Both the position numbers and the translations under genes were made by a program. DNA of 64,000 bases, from contig CAZEDC010000030.1 of assembly GCA_964510985.1 (NCBI GenBank), forward strand, positions 1,920 to 65,919. The letters run 5' to 3'. Positions 58,135-64,000 of the stretch are shown piece by piece (the first letter of the stretch is position 1; every line of letters starts with the position of its first letter). Origin of the DNA: an uncultured Dehalococcoidia bacterium (GTDB taxonomy: Bacteria; Chloroflexota; Dehalococcoidia; Lucifugimonadales; CAZEDC01). A model generated the notes under the pieces. That model made no database searches. It was not told the origin of the DNA and was given only the letters and a program-made list of their open reading frames with translations.

Positions 58135-58995
58135 CTATGGTGTGGCGTCGGTCTCGATGGGCACGCCCACCGAGTTGCCCCACTCTGTCCAGGAGCCATC
58201 GTAGTTGCGGGCCCTTTCGTAGCCCAGGAGGTATTTCAGTACGAACCAGCTGTAGGAGGCCCGTACCCCGAGGCGGCAGTAGGCAACGACCTCCTGGTCG
58301 GGGGTCAGTCCCTTCTCCCGGTACATCTCCCGGAGCACGTCGATGGGCTTGAAAGAGCCATCTTCCGCACCGCCGTCGTCCCATGCCACGTGGATGGCAC
58401 CCGGTATCCGGCCCTTTCTATAGATGTCGGGCTGTGGCGTCCCCGGCGCCGAGTTCAGCGTCCCTGCGTACTCCTCGGCCGTCCTGGTGTCCAACAGCTT
58501 GAGATTCGGGTCGCGCAGGTTGCGGGCTATGTACTCTTTCGTTGCCCTCAGGGTCTGGTCCGGCATGCCTGCCCGGTAGGTCCGAGCCATGGGGGTCGGC
58601 GTTTCGGTTGAGAGGGGGCGGCCCTCGGCCATCCACCTGGTGCGTCCCCCATCCATGAGCCGAACGTCACGGTGACGGTAGTACTTCAACACCCAGAATG
58701 CCCAGGTTGCAGAACGGTTGTTGCCGTCACCGTAGAGCACGACGACGGTCTCGTTGTCGATGCCCGACCTCCCCAGGAGGCCCTCCAGCCGCGACACCGT
58801 GGGGATATCTCTCCGTACCTGGTCCTCCAGGTCGATGTGCAGACCCCAGCCTACGGCTCCCGGAACGTGGCTCTGACGGTACCCCGCATCCAGGTCCGTG
58901 TTCACCTCGGCGATGACGATAGAGGAGTCGTGGAGGTGTTCCGATACCCAGTCCGGGCTTACAAGGACATCGTGATGGGCGTGGGATACTGACAT
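58135..58995 (-). CDS. Tandem-domain sulfurtransferase (rhodanese, CysA/SseA-like)
   Basis: HVPGA, GRIPGA, YCRLGVRAS, YDGSWTEWG. Confidence 0.93.
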   Translation of the reverse strand: MSVSHAHHDVLVSPDWVSEHLHDSSIVIAEVNTDLDAGYRQSHVPGAVGWGLHIDLEDQVRRDIPTVSRLEGLLGRSGIDNETVVVLYGDGNNRSATWAFWVLKYYRHRDVRLMDGGRTRWMAEGRPLSTETPTPMARTYRAGMPDQTLRATKEYIARNLRDPNLKLLDTRTAEEYAGTLNSAPGTPQPDIYRKGRIPGAIHVAWDDGGAEDGSFKPIDVLREMYREKGLTPDQEVVAYCRLGVRASYSWFVLKYLLGYERARNYDGSWTEWGNSVGVPIETDATP

Positions 58996-59212
58996 TGGGC
59001 GGCTCCCTGTTGAACTGTACACACGAATATAGAGTAGCCGGGCGGTCAAATCAAGCGTGGCTTCGACAGGCTGTTCCGATTTCCCGGGACATGTCCTCGC
59101 TCCCCTGCTTATAGGGCCGAAATACTTTGATTTATTGCATCTTTTCATGTAATATGGTTACGGTGTTAGTGCCTATAAGGCCGTTAGCAGGGTGGATTAC
59201 CCCGGAGGCGGA

Positions 59213-61060
59213 ATGAGTTCCCGGTGGATGCGAAATAGTCTGATATATCTTCTGATAATCGTGGCCGTTATGGCCATCTTCTTCACGCTTTTCTCCGAAC
59301 CGCTGGGTGGCTCGACAGAGGTGCCGTTCAGCGATGTCATAACCATGGCGGCCCGAAACCAGCTTGAAGAGATCGAGATCAGGGGCGACAAGCTGACACT
59401 GGTCACGACCGGCGGAGAGAAGCTGACCTCTCGCAAGGAAGAGGGCGCCAGCGTGGTCGAGATACTGGAGCAGTCGGGCGTGGACCCGGTCGCCAGCAAC
59501 ATGCAGATCTCGGTCAAGGGATCGGGCGGGCTGAGCAGCTTGTTCGGTATCCTGATCAATTTCCTGCCGCTGATATTCTTTGGGGCGATCCTACTGTTCA
59601 TGATGCGGCAGGCCCAGGGGAACACCAACCAGACCTTCAGCTTCGGCCGAAGCCGTGCGCGGATGTTCGTCGGCAACAAACCGGCGGTTAGCTTCTCCGA
59701 TGTCGCCGGGGTCCAGGAGGCCAAAGAGGAGCTGGAGGAGGTCGTCGAGTTCCTCAAGTTTCCAGAGAGGTTCCTGTCATTGGGGGCGAAGATACCGAAA
59801 GGCGTACTGCTGGTAGGGCCGCCCGGTACAGGGAAGACACTGCTGGCGCGGGCGGTGGCGGGAGAGGCCGGCGTGCCGTTCTTCTCGATCAGCGGCAGCG
59901 AATTCGTGGAGATGTTCGTCGGCGTTGGTGCGTCTCGCGTCCGCGACCTGTTCGATCAGGCCAAGCGGAACGCGCCGTGCATCGTGTTCGTTGACGAGAT
60001 AGACGCCGTGGGACGCCACAGGGGAGCGGGCCTGGGCGGAGGACACGACGAGCGCGAACAGACGCTGAACCAGATCCTGGTGGAGATGGACGGCTTCGAC
60101 ACCAGCACCAATATCATCGTACTGGCCGCGACCAACCGTCCCGACATCCTGGACCCAGCTCTGCTACGCCCCGGCCGGTTCGACCGGAGGGTGACGCTGG
60201 ACGTACCAGACGTTAGAGGGCGGATTGAGATACTGAAGGTACACTCTAAAGGGAAGCCCCTGTCAGAGGACGTGGACTTCGAGACGGTGGCCAGGCAGAC
60301 CATCGGGTTCAGCGGGGCGGACCTGGCGAACCTGGTGAACGAGGCGGCGATCCTTGCCGCACGTCGGAGTAAAAAGGAGACCGGCCGGTCGGAGTTCGCC
60401 GAGTCGATAGACAGGGTCATAGCCGGTCCGGAGAGGAAGAGCAGGGTAATCAGCGACCGCGAGAAAGAGCTTACGGCATACCACGAGGCCGGCCACGCTC
60501 TGGTTGCGCACCTGCTTCCCCATGCCGACCCACCGTTCAAGGTTACGATCGTGGCGCGAGGCAATACCGGCGGACACACACGGTACCTGCCGGAAGAGGA
60601 CCGTCGCCTCTGGACAAAGAACCAGTTCGTGGATATGCTGGCGGCGGCCTTGGGGGGACGTGTGGCCGAGGAGGTGGTGTTCGACGAGATGACTACGGGC
60701 GCCAGTAACGACCTGGAGCAGGCGACGAATATCGCCCAGACCATGGTAACCCGTTACGGGATGAGCGAGAAGCTGGGCCCTCGGACCTTTGGCAAACGCG
60801 AGGAGCTGGTCTTCCTGGGCCGCGAGATCTCGGAGCAGAGGAACTACGGCGATCGGGTCGCCGAGACTATCGACGACGAAGTGCATGGGTTGATCGACAA
60901 CGCCTACCGTACTGCCAAGCGGCTGCTGACGGCCAACGTCGACAGCCTTACCCAGGTGGCAAAATACCTGATCACCAACGAGACTGTGGAGGGCGACGCC
61001 CTGAACGAGCTGTTCAAGTCGCCGGGACCTGGCTTGCCTGACGCCGCATCTGCCGGCTAA
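59213..61060 (+). CDS. ftsH: ATP-dependent zinc metalloprotease FtsH
   Basis: Two TM segments, [26 protein letters not shown]. Confidence 0.98.
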   Translation: MSSRWMRNSLIYLLIIVAVMAIFFTLFSEPLGGSTEVPFSDVITMAARNQLEEIEIRGDKLTLVTTGGEKLTSRKEEGASVVEILEQSGVDPVASNMQISVKGSGGLSSLFGILINFLPLIFFGAILLFMMRQAQGNTNQTFSFGRSRARMFVGNKPAVSFSDVAGVQEAKEELEEVVEFLKFPERFLSLGAKIPKGVLLVGPPGTGKTLLARAVAGEAGVPFFSISGSEFVEMFVGVGASRVRDLFDQAKRNAPCIVFVDEIDAVGRHRGAGLGGGHDEREQTLNQILVEMDGFDTSTNIIVLAATNRPDILDPALLRPGRFDRRVTLDVPDVRGRIEILKVHSKGKPLSEDVDFETVARQTIGFSGADLANLVNEAAILAARRSKKETGRSEFAESIDRVIAGPERKSRVISDREKELTAYHEAGHALVAHLLPHADPPFKVTIVARGNTGGHTRYLPEEDRRLWTKNQFVDMLAAALGGRVAEEVVFDEMTTGASNDLEQATNIAQTMVTRYGMSEKLGPRTFGKREELVFLGREISEQRNYGDRVAETIDDEVHGLIDNAYRTAKRLLTANVDSLTQVAKYLITNETVEGDALNELFKSPGPGLPDAASAG

Positions 61061-61080
61061 TATTCACGTCGACCGAACGA

Positions 61081-61113
61081 GAAACCGCCCCGATCATCGG
61101 GGCGGTTTTTTTT
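61081..61113 (+). terminator. Intrinsic terminator after ftsH
   Basis: AAACCGCCCCGAT-C-ATCGGGGCGGTTTTTTTT. Confidence 0.88.
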
Positions 61114-61151
61114 AACCCTCTGCACATGCCGAGTTGGACGGGGTCCCCTGC

Positions 61152-61397
61152 CTAAGAGAAGCCCACCTGGGGCAGGACAACCACCAGCGAGTCGAGGACA
61201 TCCTGTATATCCTCGGCCGTCGTGTATCCCATGTGGCCGACGCGGAATATCTTTCCGCTTAAAGACTGCTGTCCGCCCGCCAGGACCACCCCGTGCTCCT
61301 CGCGCATTAGTCCGAGGAGGCGCTGGGCATCGACCCCCTCCGGAACGTTCACCGCCGAGACGGAGTTGGAAGCGATGCTCTCTTCGGGGAAGACAGA
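61152..61397 (-). pseudogene. C-terminal fragment of a class V (AGAT/SPT-like) aminotransferase
   Basis: FPEESIASNSVSAV...GVVLAGGQ.SLSGKIFRVGHMG; in-frame TGA immediately upstream and no N-terminal PLP domain. Confidence 0.8.
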
Positions 61398-61640
61398 TCA
61401 GAGTGTTCGAGTACTGTCCCCCAAGGCCAACCTAAGCGGATTCGAGCCTTCAGTGCGACACGTTGCAGGTAATGCCCAGCTTATCCTATCTTAAGCTTGC
61501 CAATACCCACAAACGTAGCCAGAAATACTGCATGTATTGCTGTGCTTGGCCTTGGACAGGGTCACCGTGAGCAGGTAGTATTTGGGTAATGACGGTTCGT
61601 ATGATTCGTGGTACGGTGCATTCTTTTGGAGGATTTCACA

Positions 61641-62945
61641 ATGGTGGCAATGAACTCTCAAGCCGAGGACCTCAACCGCATAATAACGGACAATAACCCC
61701 GTCGTGTACGAGCTGCTTTCAGAGAGGGGTAAGGCGATTTATTTTCCCCGGATGGGAATACTTGCCCAGGGCGCCGCGGCCAAAGGTAAGGAGATAAACG
61801 CCACCGTCGGCACCGCTTACGAAGACGATGGCGATCCTATGGTACTGCACAGTATAGCCCACGGCTTCGACTTGGACAGCAAGGACTCTTTTCCCTATGC
61901 CCCAAGCGAAGGCATAAAGCTGCTGCGGGACAAGTGGCAAGAACTCATCAGGACGAAGAACCCCTCTCTGGGCAAGACTGAGATTAGTATGCCAGTCGCG
62001 ACCTGTGGCGTTACCAATGGCCTGAGCATGGCCGGATACATGTTTACCGGAGACACGGACGAAATCATAATTGCCGACCTCTACTGGGAAAATTATGACT
62101 TGGCGTTCACCAACGCCTATGGCGCTGAATTGAAGTTCTTTAATTTCTTTAAGAACAGGCTGTTTGACATCGACTCATTCCGGGAAACTGTCAATGCCGG
62201 CCCCCCCGGCAAGAAGGTGGTGCTGCTGAATTTCCCGAATAATCCATCTGGTTACACTCCAACCAAGGCCGCCAGCAGGGAGATTATCAGTGTTCTAAGC
62301 GAATCCGCCCAAGCTGGCAATAGACTGGTGGTTATGTTGGATGACTCCTATTTCGGGCTTGGCTTTGAAGAAGACATTCAGACTGAATCTCTTTTCTCCG
62401 AACTGGCTGGCTGCCACGAGAACTTACTGGCCGTCAAACTTGATGGCATCACCAAGGAGGAGTACTCCTGGGGTTTACGGGTTGGGTTCGTTACCTACGG
62501 CATCAAGAACGGCAGCAAAGAGCTGTATAGAGCCATTGAGGATAAAACTGCCGGGGCGATAAGGGGTAACATATCAAACGCGTCTCACCCAGCACAGTCC
62601 CTTTTCCTGAATGCATTGAAATCAGTAGAGCACGAGAAAGAAAAAGAGAGAAACAATCTGGTAATAAGGGAGCGCTACCAAAAGGTAAAAGAAGTGCTTG
62701 ACAAGCATGCGGAGTACGAGAAGTACTTTGAAGCTCTGCCGTTCAATTCCGGGTATTTTATGTGCGTTAGGCTGAAGGGATTGGACCCGGATAGAGTCTG
62801 GGACGTCCTGCTTAATAAATACAGCACCGGGGTGGTGTGCATCAGCGAAAAGAACCTGTTTCGAATCGCCTTCGCCTCAACGCCAACGGGCCAGATAGAA
62901 AAGCTGTTCGGCAACATCTACGCGGCGTGTAAGGACTGCGCTTAG
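61641..62945 (+). CDS. PLP class I/II aminotransferase
   Basis: NATVG, NFPNNPSGY, DDSY, DGITKE...GLRVG; DNA is visibly more AT-rich than its flanks. Confidence 0.9.
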   Translation: MVAMNSQAEDLNRIITDNNPVVYELLSERGKAIYFPRMGILAQGAAAKGKEINATVGTAYEDDGDPMVLHSIAHGFDLDSKDSFPYAPSEGIKLLRDKWQELIRTKNPSLGKTEISMPVATCGVTNGLSMAGYMFTGDTDEIIIADLYWENYDLAFTNAYGAELKFFNFFKNRLFDIDSFRETVNAGPPGKKVVLLNFPNNPSGYTPTKAASREIISVLSESAQAGNRLVVMLDDSYFGLGFEEDIQTESLFSELAGCHENLLAVKLDGITKEEYSWGLRVGFVTYGIKNGSKELYRAIEDKTAGAIRGNISNASHPAQSLFLNALKSVEHEKEKERNNLVIRERYQKVKEVLDKHAEYEKYFEALPFNSGYFMCVRLKGLDPDRVWDVLLNKYSTGVVCISEKNLFRIAFASTPTGQIEKLFGNIYAACKDCA

Positions 62946-64000
62946 CCCGGAGTGGCCGTCAGCCTGAGCCAGCGTCTACGCCCGACCCGTATGACGTCAC
63001 CGGTACGTAGCTTGGCCGCCGGGTAGTCCGTCTCGGCCCGCTCCTCGTTCACCTGCACCGCTCCCTGCTCCACCAGCCTCTTGGCCTCACTGGAGCTCGC
63101 GGCCAGCCCGGAATCGACAAGAATCCGGCTCAGCCGGATACCCTCCAGTCTGTCGGAAGGCGGCAGGTCATAGGTGGCGATGTCCTCCGGGACCTCCCTC
63201 CTCTGGACCGTTCGCTCGAAATGGGCCTGGGCTTGCCGGGCCGCGTCGCCGTCGTGGAACTGAGCGACTAGCTCATCGGCCAGGCGTTTTTTCAGGTCCA
63301 TAGCGTTCACGGCCTGATTCTCCGTTGCCGTATCCATTTCGACGAGGTTTTCGTCCGGGACGTCGGTCAGGTTCCGAAAATACGGGATAATCATCTCGTC
63401 GGAGAGGGACATGACCTTGCCGTAGATCTCGTTGGGGGGCTCGTCTACCCCGATGTAGTTGTCCAGGCTCTTGCTCATCTTCTGGACGCCGTCGGTGCCC
63501 ACCAGCATGGGCATCAGGAAGACCTGTTGGGGGCGCTGGCCCGTCATCTCCTGGAGGTCGCGTCCCACCAGCAGGTTGAACTTCTGGTCGGTGCCCCCGA
63601 ACTCAACGTCGGCCTCGATGGCCACCGAGTCGTAGGCCTGGAGCAGCGGGTAGAGCAGCTCGGTGATGGCAATGGGCTGGTTGGTGCCGAACCGGGTCGC
63701 GAAGTCCTCCCGCGCCAGGAACTGGGCGACCGTGAACCTGCTGGTGAGGCGGATCACGTCGGCGAGCGAGAAGGACCCGAACCACTCGCTCTGCCACCGG
63801 GTCTCGGTCCTGTCTTTGTCAACGATCTTGAAGAACTGGGCCAGGTAGGTTTCGGCGTTCCTGGCCACCTCGTCGGCGGTCAGCATGGGCCGAGTCTGCG
63901 ACCGGCCGCTGGGGTCGCCTATCTGCGCGGTCCAATCCCCAACAATGATTACGACCGTGTGCCCCAGCTCCTGGAGTTGCCTCAGCTTGCGCAAGCCCAC
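62942..64000 (-). CDS. tyrS: Tyrosine-tRNA ligase (5' end beyond window)
   Basis: IGDPSGR, YPLLQAYD, GGTDQ, KMSKS, C-terminal S4-like domain. Confidence 0.97.
   Translation of the reverse strand: MGLRKLRQLQELGHTVVIIVGDWTAQIGDPSGRSQTRPMLTADEVARNAETYLAQFFKIVDKDRTETRWQSEWFGSFSLADVIRLTSRFTVAQFLAREDFATRFGTNQPIAITELLYPLLQAYDSVAIEADVEFGGTDQKFNLLVGRDLQEMTGQRPQQVFLMPMLVGTDGVQKMSKSLDNYIGVDEPPNEIYGKVMSLSDEMIIPYFRNLTDVPDENLVEMDTATENQAVNAMDLKKRLADELVAQFHDGDAARQAQAHFERTVQRREVPEDIATYDLPPSDRLEGIRLSRILVDSGLAASSSEAKRLVEQGAVQVNEERAETDYPAAKLRTGDVIRVGRRRWLRLTATPG

Noticed and set aside
1-64000. CRISPR arrays, rRNA, intact transposases, Sec/Pyl readthrough genes
   Set aside because: No regularly spaced repeats, rRNA-like tracts, transposase motifs or convincing in-frame stop readthrough seen by eye

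Overview
GC-rich bacterial chromosome segment, most consistent with Chloroflexota (Dehalococcoidia/SAR202-like). That lineage call is inferred from the 11-subunit nuo operon lacking nuoEFG, Gram-positive-type GAAC-N4-GTTC SOS boxes and paired family III CoA-transferases. Housekeeping genes include purH, pncA/pncB, tilS, recX-recA, mfd, nuoABCDHIJKLMN, tRNA-Ser(UGA), sucCD, lipB with a 2-oxoacid dehydrogenase E1a/E1b/E2, a class IV aminotransferase, a GlnR-like regulator, a rhodanese, ftsH and a partial tyrS. Accessory or decaying patches lie between them. At 2.1-4.7 kb there is a triheme cytochrome c broken by an exact 8-bp duplication, a frameshifted plsY and a degenerate tRNA-Pro. At 16.4-17.3 kb a putatively LexA-controlled ImmA/IrrE-like gene lacking the catalytic Glu faces an XRE repressor. 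An hpnB-like stub sits at 43.8 kb, and a truncated class V aminotransferase lies beside an AT-richer class I aminotransferase at 61.1-62.9 kb. The best candidate for an undescribed system is 48.9-51.9 kb: two membrane proteins built from three copies of one repeat unit that I cannot assign to a family, plus a Met/His-rich 4-TM protein, divergent from a CxxC thioredoxin-fold protein and a Crp/Fnr regulator. All calls come from reading motifs by eye; no searches were run.
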